Source: Candidatus Poribacteria bacterium | GTDB taxonomy: Bacteria; Poribacteria; WGA-4E; WGA-3G | Length of the DNA: 64,000 bases | Assembly: GCA_965214095.1 (NCBI GenBank) | Contig: OZ243938.1 | Coordinates: 1,056,001-1,120,000, forward strand | Reading direction: 5' to 3' | Part shown: in pieces, positions 10,064-21,191 of the stretch | How the letters are laid out: each line of letters starts with the position of its first letter | Position numbering within the stretch: the stretch's first letter is position 1 | Notes under the pieces: model-generated | Seen by the model: only the letters and a program-made list of their open reading frames with translations | Database searches by the model: none | Told to the model about the DNA's origin: nothing | Position numbers and translations under genes: made by a program

Positions 10064-11230
10064 TTGCCTACCACATTCTCACTCCCTTCCACAATAATCA
10101 CCGGTGCAGGTTCATCCGAAAAAGTTGGTGAACAAGCAAAACGACTCGGTGCAATCAAAGCACTAATTGTCACAGATCCAGGAATCGCTAAAATCGGATA
10201 TGCTGACCAAATAGCCAAAAACTTACGCAACTCTGGCATAATCTCTACTATTTTCTCAGATGTAACCCCCGATCCAACATTACAAAACGTTACAGACGGG
10301 ATAAACCAATTTGCTGGTGAAAACTGTAATTTTATTGTGAGTATCGGTGGCGGCAGCGCGATTGACTGCGCGAAAGGTATCTCTGTCAAACTCACAAATG
10401 ATGGAGAATTCGCAGATTACATGGGTGTAGACAAAATCCCAAATCAGGGTATCCCGCTAATTGCAATACCAACCACTGCAGGAACAGGTAGCGAAGTAAG
10501 CAAAGTAACCGTTATAACAGACACAGAACGTAATGTCAAAATGATGTTGAGCAGTTCGTGTCTTCTTGCATCTGTTGCCATAGTCGATCCATTGTTGTCA
10601 CTAACAACACCACCCCACCTGACAGCAGCTGTCGGTGTTGATGCCTTGACACATGCAATTGAGGCGTATGTCTCAAAACGCGCACAGCCGATAACCGATG
10701 CACTTGCACTGAAAGCAATCAGACTGATTTCAGGTTCACTACGTCAAGCATGGTCAGATGGAGAAAACCTATCAGCACGAACAGATATGATGATTGGTGC
10801 ATCCATCGCAGGCATGGCATTCAGCAATTCGTCTGTAGCATTAGTGCACGGCATGTCCCGACCCATTGGTGCATATTTTCACATTCATCACGGTTTGTCA
10901 AATTCAGTGCTGTTGCTTGATGTAATGGAGTTTAGTGTTGTAGGTGCTCCTCAGCGATTCGCAGATATAGCAGAAGCAATGGGTGAACAGATTGATGGAT
11001 TATCACCGATGAAACAAGCGGATGCGGCGATTACTGCTGTTGAACGACTTGTCAACGATATTGATATGCCACGTCTCGGACAAATCGGTATTGATGAAGA
11101 GAAGTTTGACGAAGTTGTTGAGCAAATGGCCGCGGATGCAATTGCAAGTGGAAGTCCAGCCAACAATCCCAGACAAGCAACACAAGAAGAAATCATCGCT
11201 TTATATCGTATATGCTTTGCTGTGAGATAA
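10064..11230 (+). CDS. Iron-containing alcohol dehydrogenase
   Basis: GGGSAID, PTTAGTGSE, DALTHAIEAY, HGMSRP and HHGL motifs. Confidence 0.93.
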   Translation: MPTTFSLPSTIITGAGSSEKVGEQAKRLGAIKALIVTDPGIAKIGYADQIAKNLRNSGIISTIFSDVTPDPTLQNVTDGINQFAGENCNFIVSIGGGSAIDCAKGISVKLTNDGEFADYMGVDKIPNQGIPLIAIPTTAGTGSEVSKVTVITDTERNVKMMLSSSCLLASVAIVDPLLSLTTPPHLTAAVGVDALTHAIEAYVSKRAQPITDALALKAIRLISGSLRQAWSDGENLSARTDMMIGASIAGMAFSNSSVALVHGMSRPIGAYFHIHHGLSNSVLLLDVMEFSVVGAPQRFADIAEAMGEQIDGLSPMKQADAAITAVERLVNDIDMPRLGQIGIDEEKFDEVVEQMAADAIASGSPANNPRQATQEEIIALYRICFAVR

Positions 11231-11282
11231 AGTCAAACAAATCAGAGGAAACTGTCCTTTAGGAAATAGTTAGTTCTTTCTT

Positions 11283-11420
11283 TATAGTGAAATGTAAAAA
11301 TACGTGCACACTCCGCGGTAGATGCGGTTTCCTAACCGCATCTATGAGACTGAACAAACACCGGTTCGGTTAGGAAACCGAACCTACCGTGGTGTGTAAA
11401 TAATTATGGTTTTTACTATA
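11283..11420. mobile_element. MITE-like element with TATAGT(G/A)AAA...TTTACTATA ends carrying a REP doublet
   Basis: Inverted termini; internal hairpins gatgcggtttcctaaccgcatc and ggttcggttaggaaaccgaacc; an inverted copy of 11283-11389 lies at 54122-54228. Confidence 0.7.
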
Positions 11421-11452
11421 ATGGTATGTTCTCAAATAGAAATGGTATAACA

Positions 11453-12973
11453 ATGTCACAGACACCCGTAATAGAGATGCGCGGCATCAACAAAAGATTT
11501 GGACATGTGCAAGCAAACGATAATGTAGATTTTACGCTCAAACAAGGTGAAATTCATGCAATCGTTGGTGAAAACGGGGCAGGCAAATCTACGCTGATGA
11601 ATATACTCTACGGACTCCAACATCCAGATTCCGGACAGATACATGTTAATGGAAATTCTGTGAATATCTCAACACCCAAAAATGCTATGCAACTCGGTTT
11701 GGGTATGATACAACAACACTTCACTTTGATACCTACTTTTACTGCACTTCAGAACATTATATTGGCAAAAGAAATACGAAAATATGGCACTCTAATTGAC
11801 TATCATGAAGCTGAAAACGAAATTACTGAACTTTCAGAACAACTTGGGTTTGATGTCCAGTTAAATGTTCCAATTGAATCGCTACCGATTGGCGCACAAC
11901 AACACACAGAGATTCTCAAAGTCCTTTACCACGGTGCAGAAATACTAATTATGGATGAACCGACAGCAGTGCTTGTACCACAAGAGATTGAAGGTTTATT
12001 TGAATGTATGCGTGGACTGAAAAAGGAAGGTAGGAGTATTATCATCATTACACACAAACTCAACGAGGTAATGACGATAGCAGATACTGTAACAGTCATG
12101 CGACGCGGACGATCTATTACAACTCGGTCTATATCAGATACAGATCCTCATGAATTAGCTGAACTCATGCTCGGAGATTCTGTAACACAGAACACTACTG
12201 AACGTAAGAATACAGAGCAAAATCGTCCAATACTAAGATTAGAAGATGTTACAGTGACTTCTGATATAACTAAGAAACTATTGAACGGGATTGCACTTGA
12301 TGTGTATTCAGGAGAAATTGTTGGCATCGCTGGTGTTGAAGGGAATGGACAGACAGAACTTGTTGAAGTGCTAACCGGATTGCGTAAGATAGAGAGTGGA
12401 ACTATTACAATAAACGATGAATCTGTTACCAATGCATCACCAGAAGAATTCCGTAAGAAAAAAGTCGCACATCTACCTGCGGACAGACACCGACACGGTG
12501 TAAGTCTGAATAGTCGGATAGATGAGAATTTTATCATAGGCAGACATAGACAAAATCTGTTCTTACGAAACGCAATGCTACATACAGAAAATATACGGCG
12601 ATTCTCTATGAATGCATTGGATAAATATCAAATACGTGTAGGAAGCATATACGATCCAATTAGCACATTATCTGGTGGAAATCAGCAGAAGGTTGTTGTC
12701 GCACGTGAGTTATCTGGGGATCCGACGTTGATTATTTCTGCACATCCAACACGCGGATTGGACATTCACGCTGCGAAATTTGTTCATACACGACTTATCC
12801 ATGCACGTAATCGTGGAAAAGCCGTTATACTTGTTTCTTCCGAACTTGATGAACTACTTGAACTCAGCGATAGAATAGCAGTAATGTTTAATGGTGAGAT
12901 TGTAGGGATGGTAAATCCGAATGAAACTAATCAACAAGAATTGGGAAAACTAATGCTTGGTTTGACTATTTGA
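11453..12973 (+). CDS. Sugar/nucleoside ABC transporter ATP-binding protein (duplicated ATPase, NupA/YufO-like); alternative start 11426
   Basis: GENGAGKST, ILIMDEPTAVL, GIAGVEGNGQ, LSGGNQQK, PTRGLD. Confidence 0.9.
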   Translation: MSQTPVIEMRGINKRFGHVQANDNVDFTLKQGEIHAIVGENGAGKSTLMNILYGLQHPDSGQIHVNGNSVNISTPKNAMQLGLGMIQQHFTLIPTFTALQNIILAKEIRKYGTLIDYHEAENEITELSEQLGFDVQLNVPIESLPIGAQQHTEILKVLYHGAEILIMDEPTAVLVPQEIEGLFECMRGLKKEGRSIIIITHKLNEVMTIADTVTVMRRGRSITTRSISDTDPHELAELMLGDSVTQNTTERKNTEQNRPILRLEDVTVTSDITKKLLNGIALDVYSGEIVGIAGVEGNGQTELVEVLTGLRKIESGTITINDESVTNASPEEFRKKKVAHLPADRHRHGVSLNSRIDENFIIGRHRQNLFLRNAMLHTENIRRFSMNALDKYQIRVGSIYDPISTLSGGNQQKVVVARELSGDPTLIISAHPTRGLDIHAAKFVHTRLIHARNRGKAVILVSSELDELLELSDRIAVMFNGEIVGMVNPNETNQQELGKLMLGLTI

Positions 12974-13032
12974 AACGAAATAACCCTGGATTTATATTGA
13001 CAATGACTAAAGACATGAGTTAATATGTAAAT

Positions 13033-13884
13033 ATGGAAGCAATGATGATAATCGATTCCCACACACACGCATGGCCACGGTGGCCCTACCAACCCCCTGT
13101 CCCCGATGATGAAAGTCGTGGAAAAGTTGAACAACTCCTCCACGAAATGGATTTACACAATGTTGATAAGGCTGTAATAATCTGTGCACGCATTGAGAGA
13201 AATCCAGATAACAACGATTATGCAGCAGACTGCGTTAAACGGTATCCCGATAGACTGATTCAGTTTGCAGACATAGATTGTTCGTGGACAGAGACATATC
13301 ACACAGATGGTGCCGCAGACCGACTGAAAACTGCAGCTGAGAAATACCAACTAAAAGGGTATACACATTACCTCAGAGGTGATGACGATTGCAGTTGGTT
13401 CTTTTCTGAGGAGGGACAACGTTTCTTCAAAACAACTGCAGAATTGGGATTAATTGCAAGTATTGCAATGGGTAGTCATCATCACTCGCCATTACGCAAA
13501 CTTGCAGCGCAGTTTCCTACCGTTCCATTTCTATGTCATCACATGGCAGGAGCACGTGCAGATGAACCAGCACCGTATCCACAACTTGAACAAGTTCTTG
13601 CCTCTGCCTCTGTGCCGAACATATATGTAAAGATGTCTGGATTTGCTTATGTCTCCGAAGTTTCGTGGGAATATCCATACAAGGATACACATAGAGTTGT
13701 ACGTGCACTCTATGAAAATTTTGGTGCTGATCGTCTCTGTTGGGGTTCGGATTATCCGGTTGTCAGAAACTTTATGACATATCAACATGCACTTGAAGCG
13801 TTCCGAACACATTGCACCTTTATCACAGAGGATGATAAATCAGAAATACTGGGTGGTACTCTCAACAAACTACTTACAACTTAA
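13033..13884 (+). CDS. Amidohydrolase 2 family protein
   Basis: IIDSHTH, HHMA, YVKMSG and WGSDYP motifs. Confidence 0.88.
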   Translation: MEAMMIIDSHTHAWPRWPYQPPVPDDESRGKVEQLLHEMDLHNVDKAVIICARIERNPDNNDYAADCVKRYPDRLIQFADIDCSWTETYHTDGAADRLKTAAEKYQLKGYTHYLRGDDDCSWFFSEEGQRFFKTTAELGLIASIAMGSHHHSPLRKLAAQFPTVPFLCHHMAGARADEPAPYPQLEQVLASASVPNIYVKMSGFAYVSEVSWEYPYKDTHRVVRALYENFGADRLCWGSDYPVVRNFMTYQHALEAFRTHCTFITEDDKSEILGGTLNKLLTT

Positions 13885-13937
13885 ATCTGTCCATCAGATT
13901 GTTTGGCAATATTATTTGATAAACATAAGGATTACGC

Positions 13938-15962
13938 ATGTTCAAAAACACCCCATTGAAATACCTTCTCTTACTAACTCTCTCGTTACATTTTCTTGGA
14001 ATAGGAGCAGACCCAGCATCAGCAGTTGATCTCATTAAACTTGAACGCGAGTTCTCAGGAAAAGGCTCAACACAAGGTGCATTCGGTAAAACCATTCATC
14101 TTGGATTCAAACAGAATATCTATGTAAGTGATACAGAAAACAGACTAATTCAGAAACTTTCACCTACAGGTGAATTTCTCCTTCAAATACCAGAAAATCC
14201 TGAATCTTATGATAATTTCCTACGCAAACCCGGACACATCGCTGTTGATGACAACGGAAATATCTATGTTGCTGACGTAACCACACATCATATTGCTGAT
14301 ACTTCTGAACCTAAAGTATACATCTTTGCCCCTTGTGTCCATAAATTGAGTCTAACTGGAGAACTACTCAATACTTACTTTGTTGATCTTGTTGACGAAA
14401 AACCGGGAGTCGTTATTCCTGCACAACATCTGATAGATGAAGATGGGAAAATTGCATTAGGGATTCAACCCAAGGGTTATGACCGACAACTTCGTATCGC
14501 TGTCAACGCAAGTAATCAACTCTATGTGTTAGATGCAGAACGTGGACGTATCCATAAATTTGGTGTAGATGCCAAGAAATTGTCCACATTCGGGAGGTAC
14601 GGAGCAGGTGATGGTGAGTTTGATAAAGACGCATCCGACATCGCAATAGATGCGCGTGGCAACGTATTTGTCGCAGACACTGGGAACCATAGAATAGTAA
14701 AATTTGATAAAGATGGAAAATTCGTCCTAAGTTTTGGGAGAAAAGGACGTAACAACAGAGAATTTGTAAAACCCATCGCACTTGTTACTATGCCTACAGG
14801 TGAGGTTTTAGTCAAAGATTCAAGCATATTCCGTCGAAAAATTGGTGGTCTACCCGAAGTAATCGCACTTTCACCAACTTTGACACAATTAACTGAAAGT
14901 ACACCTAGCCAAACAGAACTGGCAGATACAATCAAAAATGCTACCCGTCCACAATACGGTCCATTTGCTCAAAATCCAGTGTCCCCTGTTGACATCACAT
15001 CACTAAATCGTCGGTTGCGTCTGCTTGAGGAAGCGGAATATCGCCGATATTATGAGGATAATGCGTATGACGACGAAGACGATAAAGAACTTGCAGATGA
15101 ACTGAAACGCACTGATATTCGGTTGACTCTTCTTCATAATGTCATTTCGCGAGTCCAGAAATTTGATAACAACGGCAGATATATCGGAAGGATTATCTAT
15201 GAAGTTGATCAACTCAGCGAGGAGAAACACGACCTGACTTTTTTAGATCTTGACAACTCAGGTTATCTCTACCTACGAGACACAAGCGATTTCACAATCA
15301 CTCAATATTCTGTCACCGGCTTTACTGTAAAACCATCGCACATGAACGGTTTCTATAGTACTCGTGTCGCAAATCTAAGCAACGACTACCTTGAAGATTA
15401 CGAGGATGTTGACACATTAACCGATGTTCAAGACAAGCTAAACCAGTTAGAACTCAAGAATCTTTTCGGTTGGACGTATAGTCTGTCTGAACGTTGGCAC
15501 TTGACTTTCATTGATGAGTTGACCTACAGTGAACAAGATGAGCGGTATATCACACCCGCAAAAGAAGAGGATAGTTTTGATTTTGAAACACAAGCGATGG
15601 AAAATGCATTCGCATTAAATCTGAAATATATCACCAATCCAAATCCGTATCGGTATAAGGAGTTGAATTTCTCTGTAGGACGGGTTGATGGCACGACTGA
15701 TCTGACACAGGATGCGCTTTTTCAGGAACAGAACAAACAACGGAGAATTGATACTGGTGATGCAAGTTCTACGGTATTTGAGTTAAATTGGGATATTTGG
15801 TCTCGGACAAATCTGTGGTTACGTTATGCACATCTGAATCCTGCTGAAACAAGTCGCAATTTTATCCGCAGATTTTATGATGTTTCAGGGGATCTGTATG
15901 AAGTGTTCGGAAGCCGTAATGAAGCACGACAGTTCCTCGGTGAATTCACGATTAAGTTTTGA
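13938..15962 (+). CDS. Exported NHL-repeat protein with putative C-terminal outer-membrane beta-barrel
   Basis: Signal peptide; NHL repeats (DIAIDARGNVFVADTGNHRIVKFD); amphipathic strands ending QFLGEFTIKF. Confidence 0.75.
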   Translation: MFKNTPLKYLLLLTLSLHFLGIGADPASAVDLIKLEREFSGKGSTQGAFGKTIHLGFKQNIYVSDTENRLIQKLSPTGEFLLQIPENPESYDNFLRKPGHIAVDDNGNIYVADVTTHHIADTSEPKVYIFAPCVHKLSLTGELLNTYFVDLVDEKPGVVIPAQHLIDEDGKIALGIQPKGYDRQLRIAVNASNQLYVLDAERGRIHKFGVDAKKLSTFGRYGAGDGEFDKDASDIAIDARGNVFVADTGNHRIVKFDKDGKFVLSFGRKGRNNREFVKPIALVTMPTGEVLVKDSSIFRRKIGGLPEVIALSPTLTQLTESTPSQTELADTIKNATRPQYGPFAQNPVSPVDITSLNRRLRLLEEAEYRRYYEDNAYDDEDDKELADELKRTDIRLTLLHNVISRVQKFDNNGRYIGRIIYEVDQLSEEKHDLTFLDLDNSGYLYLRDTSDFTITQYSVTGFTVKPSHMNGFYSTRVANLSNDYLEDYEDVDTLTDVQDKLNQLELKNLFGWTYSLSERWHLTFIDELTYSEQDERYITPAKEEDSFDFETQAMENAFALNLKYITNPNPYRYKELNFSVGRVDGTTDLTQDALFQEQNKQRRIDTGDASSTVFELNWDIWSRTNLWLRYAHLNPAETSRNFIRRFYDVSGDLYEVFGSRNEARQFLGEFTIKF

Positions 15963-15975
15963 TTGGAATATAGAT

Positions 15976-16953
15976 ATGGAGTTTCGCGCACTTTATCCAG
16001 ATGAATTTGAGGCATGGCTTGACCATGTTTCTCACGTCTTTTCGGCGAGTCGTCAATACTTTGCTAACCATTGGCGCAACGATCCGTGGAAAGACTGTGA
16101 AGGTATACGTATTGCGCTTGATGATGGAAAAATTGTAAGCACTGTACGGGTATTTATCCGTAAGATGTACTTACAAGGTGAGCCTATTACAGTGGGTGGA
16201 ATAGGTGAAGTAAGCACGCGTTCGGAATACCGTAAACGTGGAATTGCATCGCAACTGTTGAAGGATTCAATTCAGTTTATGGAAGACCGTGAAATTGCCA
16301 TCTCCATGCTACACGGTGGTCAACGTATCTATTCAGTTGAAGGATGGGAAAGTGTCCCACGTTACTTTGCCAAGAAAACGCTTCAAGGAAACAAAACACA
16401 GCAATGGAACATCCGTCCTGCCAATTTTAAAGACACTGAAGAGGTAGAGAAACTTGCATCCATCTACGACACCTATTCCCGCAAATTCAACGGTACATTT
16501 GTCAGAGATGACATAGCATATTGGACAGATTGGGTTCAGGCAGAATCACCACAAACATGGATCGCTGAAAGAGATGATGAAATTGAAGGTTATGTTTCCG
16601 TTAGAAGAAGTGATGGAGAGTTAGGTGTAAAGGAATTTGTTGTGTCAGAGAAGTTGTTTTCACAAGGTAAAGAAACAGTATTATTTGACGCTTTGTTATC
16701 ACATATAATCGCGGAGATGGATGAGGAAAGTTTGGAAATAGCATATCCTGCACCGATTGCTGATGGATTCAATACCCCAAATGTTGAGTCTTCTGGCAGT
16801 ACCATGTATCATGTCATCCAACCGGAGGCATTACCATCCCATATAAGGAAAGAATTTACTAAAGGTCTACCGGACCTTCTACACAGTCAATCTGGAACTT
16901 TAGCACAAAGGATCAAATCTCATCATATCTTTTGGCAAACTGATGGATTTTAA
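15976..16953 (+). CDS. GNAT family acetyltransferase (Eis-like)
   Basis: GGIGEVSTRSEYRKRGIA acetyl-CoA motif; ATG 15976 avoids overlap with the upstream gene. Confidence 0.85.
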   Translation: MEFRALYPDEFEAWLDHVSHVFSASRQYFANHWRNDPWKDCEGIRIALDDGKIVSTVRVFIRKMYLQGEPITVGGIGEVSTRSEYRKRGIASQLLKDSIQFMEDREIAISMLHGGQRIYSVEGWESVPRYFAKKTLQGNKTQQWNIRPANFKDTEEVEKLASIYDTYSRKFNGTFVRDDIAYWTDWVQAESPQTWIAERDDEIEGYVSVRRSDGELGVKEFVVSEKLFSQGKETVLFDALLSHIIAEMDEESLEIAYPAPIADGFNTPNVESSGSTMYHVIQPEALPSHIRKEFTKGLPDLLHSQSGTLAQRIKSHHIFWQTDGF

Positions 16954-17037
16954 GGTAGAGAAGGTTCATTCACGCGGAATTAGAAGGAAGTTGGTAATAT
17001 CACTGGAATTAGTCCATAGAAATTGGAGGATAGCAAT

Positions 17038-18027
17038 ATGGCAAAACTACGTGTTGGTGTAATAGGTTGTAGTGGCATCGGGACAACACACGCATCTGGA
17101 TTAGTCGGATTGTCCAACGTTGAATTAGCCGCAGGATGCGATTTTGTGCAAAGCACTCTCGATGCATTCAAGGCAAAATGGCAAGACAATTGGGATAACA
17201 TTTCTCTTTACACAAGCCATCAAGAAATGCTCGCTACCGAGAAATTAGATGTTGTTACAGTGGCAACTTCTGACCATCGTCATGCAGACCTTGTTGTTGA
17301 TGCTGCAAATGCTGGTGTTAAGGGAATCTTCTGTGAAAAACCGATGGCAACAACTGTTGAAGATGCTGACAGAATGCTGGAAGCAGCTGATAAAAACGGA
17401 ACTTACCTCTCCATTGACCATACCAGAAGATGGCAACCTTTGTGGAGACACACAAGAGAAGAAATCGTCGGCGGCGGACAAATAGGGGATGTTCAATATG
17501 TCATCGGCACGTTGAGCGGTGGACGTGCGATGCTATTTCGTAACGGCACGCATTGCGTAGATGCAATCTGCTATTTTGCCGACTCTACGCCAGAGTGGGT
17601 CTCTGCTGAATTGGAAGATGGCTACGAAGATTACACCGAGTATAAAGGTGATGGTGGACACGACCCATCTACAGAACCATCAGCACACGGATACATCCAT
17701 TTTGCTAATGGAGTGCGAGGATATTATGCGGGTGGTCCGAAATCCACACAATCAGGTTTCCGATGTGAGATAGTCGGTACAAACGGATATATACTGATTA
17801 GTGATAAGGGAGCGACGATTCACCAAGGAGATTCTGTAGAAACAATTAATGCACCATCGTGGGATGTTGTTGGCATTCCTGCAGGTGTTCAAGAGACTGT
17901 CAAACTCGTTGCAGAGGGTGGAGAACCTGTTTCACCGGGCAGTGAAGGACATAAAGTTGTGCAGATAATCATCGGATTTTTGACTTCACAACAACAGGAT
18001 AATGGAAAAGTTATATTGCCATTATAG
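17038..18027 (+). CDS. Gfo/Idh/MocA family oxidoreductase
   Basis: GVIGCSGIG, GIFCEKPMA, NGTH; ggagga RBS. Confidence 0.9.
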   Translation: MAKLRVGVIGCSGIGTTHASGLVGLSNVELAAGCDFVQSTLDAFKAKWQDNWDNISLYTSHQEMLATEKLDVVTVATSDHRHADLVVDAANAGVKGIFCEKPMATTVEDADRMLEAADKNGTYLSIDHTRRWQPLWRHTREEIVGGGQIGDVQYVIGTLSGGRAMLFRNGTHCVDAICYFADSTPEWVSAELEDGYEDYTEYKGDGGHDPSTEPSAHGYIHFANGVRGYYAGGPKSTQSGFRCEIVGTNGYILISDKGATIHQGDSVETINAPSWDVVGIPAGVQETVKLVAEGGEPVSPGSEGHKVVQIIIGFLTSQQQDNGKVILPL

Positions 18028-18032
18028 CACAG

Positions 18033-19169
18033 TCAATCTGCTGGTAGAACAATCGCATTCTCAGGAATCCAATGCAAATATACCTTATCGCCCTGTCTAA
18101 AACGTTGTGTTGTGGCGTTGTCTGTTTTCTGTTCATTACTGGTAGATGAGGTATCTACGCTTTGCCATTGTTGGTTAACAATAATTGGTGTTGGGTAGTC
18201 CGTTTGCACTGTATATTGCACTGTTGTTCCAAGATAGCTTTCGTCTTGTATTACACCGTGCAAGCAATTTGGTGTATTCTGATCAGGTTCTGTTGAAATA
18301 ATAATCCGTTCTGGACGAACTACAACCGTTACAGCAGTGTCAACCTGAAAGGTCTCTTTCCGCCTACATACAAATCTAAATGGTTGTTCTGTATCAACCA
18401 TTACCTCTGTCAATAAACCGTCAGAGTTGACGATTATGCCGTCAAAAAAGTTTGAAGTGCCGATAAAGTCTGCCACAAAACGATTCTGTGGTGAATCATA
18501 AATTTCAGATGGCGTTCCGACTTGTAATATCTTACCTTCGTTCATCACTGCTATCCGATCCGATAGTGCTAATGCTTCTCCTTGATCATGTGTGACATAC
18601 ACAAATGTTATTCCAACTTTGCGTTGCAGTTCTTTGAGTTCCAACTGCATCTGTTTACGAAGTTTCAGATCAAGTGCAGAAAGCGGTTCGTCCAATAGTA
18701 ATATAGTCGGTTCGTTTATCAATGCCCGCGCAAGTGCCACACGTTGTCTCTCTCCACCAGAGAGTTCATCCGGTTTCCGTTCCCCATACCCTTGCAACTG
18801 TATCATATCAAGTGAACGTTCCACTGCATCTGCTATTTCTGCTTTTGAACTTTTTTTCATCTGCAATCCGAATGCGATGTTTTGTGAGACCGTTTTGTGT
18901 GGGAACAGTGCGTAGTTCTGAAAGACGGTATTGACAGGTCTCCGATAGGGAGGCGTTTCTTTCATCAATTCTTCGTTTATATAGATTTCACCTTCATCAG
19001 CAAAAACGAATCCTCCTATAATCCGAAGTGTTGTTGTCTTGCCACATCCACTCGGACCGAGCAAGGAAAAAAACTCACCACCCTCTATCTGCAATGATAC
19101 ATCGTCAACAGCAATAGTTTCACCGAACTTTTTTGTTACTGATGAAAGGGTTATCTGACCTACGGACAT
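18033..19169 (-). CDS. potA: Polyamine-type ABC transporter ATP-binding protein; alternative start 19190
   Basis: GPSGCGKTT, VFQNYALFPH, LSGGERQR, LLLDEPLSALD, C-terminal TOBE domain. Confidence 0.82.
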   Translation of the reverse strand: MSVGQITLSSVTKKFGETIAVDDVSLQIEGGEFFSLLGPSGCGKTTTLRIIGGFVFADEGEIYINEELMKETPPYRRPVNTVFQNYALFPHKTVSQNIAFGLQMKKSSKAEIADAVERSLDMIQLQGYGERKPDELSGGERQRVALARALINEPTILLLDEPLSALDLKLRKQMQLELKELQRKVGITFVYVTHDQGEALALSDRIAVMNEGKILQVGTPSEIYDSPQNRFVADFIGTSNFFDGIIVNSDGLLTEVMVDTEQPFRFVCRRKETFQVDTAVTVVVRPERIIISTEPDQNTPNCLHGVIQDESYLGTTVQYTVQTDYPTPIIVNQQWQSVDTSSTSNEQKTDNATTQRFRQGDKVYLHWIPENAIVLPAD

Positions 19170-20425
19170 GATTGATCCGTTCTCTGACATATTACGATAT
19201 TTTCTTCGTTCATTGTTGATGATGTTTTACCAGCAACATTAGTAGGACTGTTCTTTCTTGGCATCCGTTTATTAGGTATATTCCTAACGATTGTTTCTTT
19301 ATGTGAGAACCCGTGTTTGCCAAATGCATAGATAACAAATTCATCTGTTGGCAGTTGCACATCTTTAACCCTACGGTTGCCTACAACATAGCAAATTGTT
19401 GAACGTGGTGAAAGTAATTTAGCAACAGTATCTATGCTATGTCCAAGATCAATGTAAAATGCAGATACATCTTGTGAACGTTTTTCATCTATTGTTTGAA
19501 TTTTTTCAATAGCAGTTGTCACAGGTGAATCTTCAAGAATCCTCTTTGATGGTCGTCCACCCATTGCTATACTATCAATCTTACGTGCGTTGTTTAGACC
19601 TATCCATTCTGCAGACAATCGAGAAAATTGACCGTACGCAACTGTTGTTTGCGAGTCACCATAAGGAGGAGAAGTAATCACCAGATTATATCCACCAAGT
19701 GGTCGTGGTAACGGGAGTTCTCCTGCAACGGTATTGGAGTTACAAATTCTTGCTTCCACATCTTTGCGTTGTTCAAGGTATGCTATTAAACCTTGTCTAT
19801 TTCTGTTGAGTTTTTTGCGAAAGATACCGTATACATCAGGATTGAAATTCTCCAGTTTTTCTGATGGCATTCGATGCAACTTGAATGTGCTTGTTCTTGT
19901 GTATGATACCTCGCGCACAGTCTCTGAAAATGCAACCGTCATGAAGTTACGAATCTGTTCATCTTCCACTATATTAATCTCGCATAGTAAATATGCAAGA
20001 TGTTTCTTAACCTCCTCAGAAAACCAATAATCCAGATTGGGTATGGCTGGAATCGGTGTTTCTGGGATTTTGGCAGTTCCAAACTCAATCTCAAAAAAAG
20101 AATCGTTCAACCTATTAATCTCAAGTTCTAATTCCTTTAGACAGATCGGTGTTACTTTAGATGTTGCGATCAGTCGCACAAGTGGATTGATGTCGCAGCC
20201 AACACTGTGCATACCGAACAGAGATGCCTCAACAAGAGAAGTACCAGTTCCACAATACGGATCCAAGATCCACTCGTCTTCACGACCATATTCATTTAAT
20301 AATCTTCTTGCTATCTGTGGGATCATCATTGCGGGATAGGTGTGAAAGCAGTGGGTGTACTCTTTAGTATCTGCTGTTCGGAAGTCCCACGATTCGTCTT
20401 TGTATTTTTGATTACATGCATTCAT
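19160..20425 (-). CDS. N4-cytosine DNA methyltransferase, M.MvaI-like
   Basis: THCFHTYPAMMIPQ, DPYCGTGT (motif I) and ITSPPY (motif IV) in alpha-class order; adjacent to the endonuclease. Confidence 0.85.
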   Translation of the reverse strand: MNACNQKYKDESWDFRTADTKEYTHCFHTYPAMMIPQIARRLLNEYGREDEWILDPYCGTGTSLVEASLFGMHSVGCDINPLVRLIATSKVTPICLKELELEINRLNDSFFEIEFGTAKIPETPIPAIPNLDYWFSEEVKKHLAYLLCEINIVEDEQIRNFMTVAFSETVREVSYTRTSTFKLHRMPSEKLENFNPDVYGIFRKKLNRNRQGLIAYLEQRKDVEARICNSNTVAGELPLPRPLGGYNLVITSPPYGDSQTTVAYGQFSRLSAEWIGLNNARKIDSIAMGGRPSKRILEDSPVTTAIEKIQTIDEKRSQDVSAFYIDLGHSIDTVAKLLSPRSTICYVVGNRRVKDVQLPTDEFVIYAFGKHGFSHKETIVRNIPNKRMPRKNSPTNVAGKTSSTMNEENIVICQRTDQSCP

Positions 20426-21111
20426 ATTAGTTGTTCCCGTTTACTAAAGCAAAGATTAAGGTATTTTTCGTCAATTCTAAATCCTGTGCCGTGATTTCGC
20501 ACCGATTTGTTTTCTTTTAAATGCATTCTAATATCAACTATGATTTTATCTTGTTTGATTAACTCCAATAAATTGTCCTCATTGGGTAGTGTTAGGTAGA
20601 AGGATTCATTAAACCAAAATTCCTCCTTCTCATCTGAATTAATGCGTGTGTCCGCATTAACAATAACCAACGCGGGCATCTTTTCTCTGAAAGTTTCTAT
20701 TAGTCGTTGACCCATCCATTCAGCAATTAGATTTCCATCTAAGTGATAAAGTCTAACATTTTCGTGTTCTACTTTGACAAAAAGTCCCTGATTGTTCACT
20801 CGTGTATCAACTGTACAGTAGAGAGAGGGACGGTCATTTGTGTCTATATATCCGTATTTCTCGATCAATTCTCGTTGTTTGATTTTCCAAACCCCACGAT
20901 TAAAGGTAAACATGGTTACTCGGTTAGATGCGGAATTTCGCTGAGATTTCAACTCAATATTATCAAAATCTGGCATTTTCAGATTATTTTCCTTTACCCC
21001 AAGTAAGGTTTCAAGCGTATAACCAATACCAGTATTTCCTTTCCGTTTGGTAACAACATATCCCATCCTTTTAATATCAGACAGTTTGTTTTTTAATTCA
21101 GATATATCCAT
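20422..21111 (-). CDS. MvaI/BcnI family type II restriction endonuclease
   Basis: GNTGIGYTLETLLG..EN...PD...IELK and RNHGTGFR motifs; 4-bp overlap with the methyltransferase. Confidence 0.88.
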   Translation of the reverse strand: MDISELKNKLSDIKRMGYVVTKRKGNTGIGYTLETLLGVKENNLKMPDFDNIELKSQRNSASNRVTMFTFNRGVWKIKQRELIEKYGYIDTNDRPSLYCTVDTRVNNQGLFVKVEHENVRLYHLDGNLIAEWMGQRLIETFREKMPALVIVNADTRINSDEKEEFWFNESFYLTLPNEDNLLELIKQDKIIVDIRMHLKENKSVRNHGTGFRIDEKYLNLCFSKREQLI

Positions 21112-21191
21112 CAGGTACTCTCCCCTAATACCAATTTCATGAAATTTATTCCTTCCTGGAAATCAGTAGGAATGTTACTTGAGATATTACA

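Noticed and set aside
13020-13029. Third copy of the TTAATATGTA arm
   Set aside because: No partner arm 50 bp upstream; better explained as the -10 region of a TTGACA promoter at 12997.
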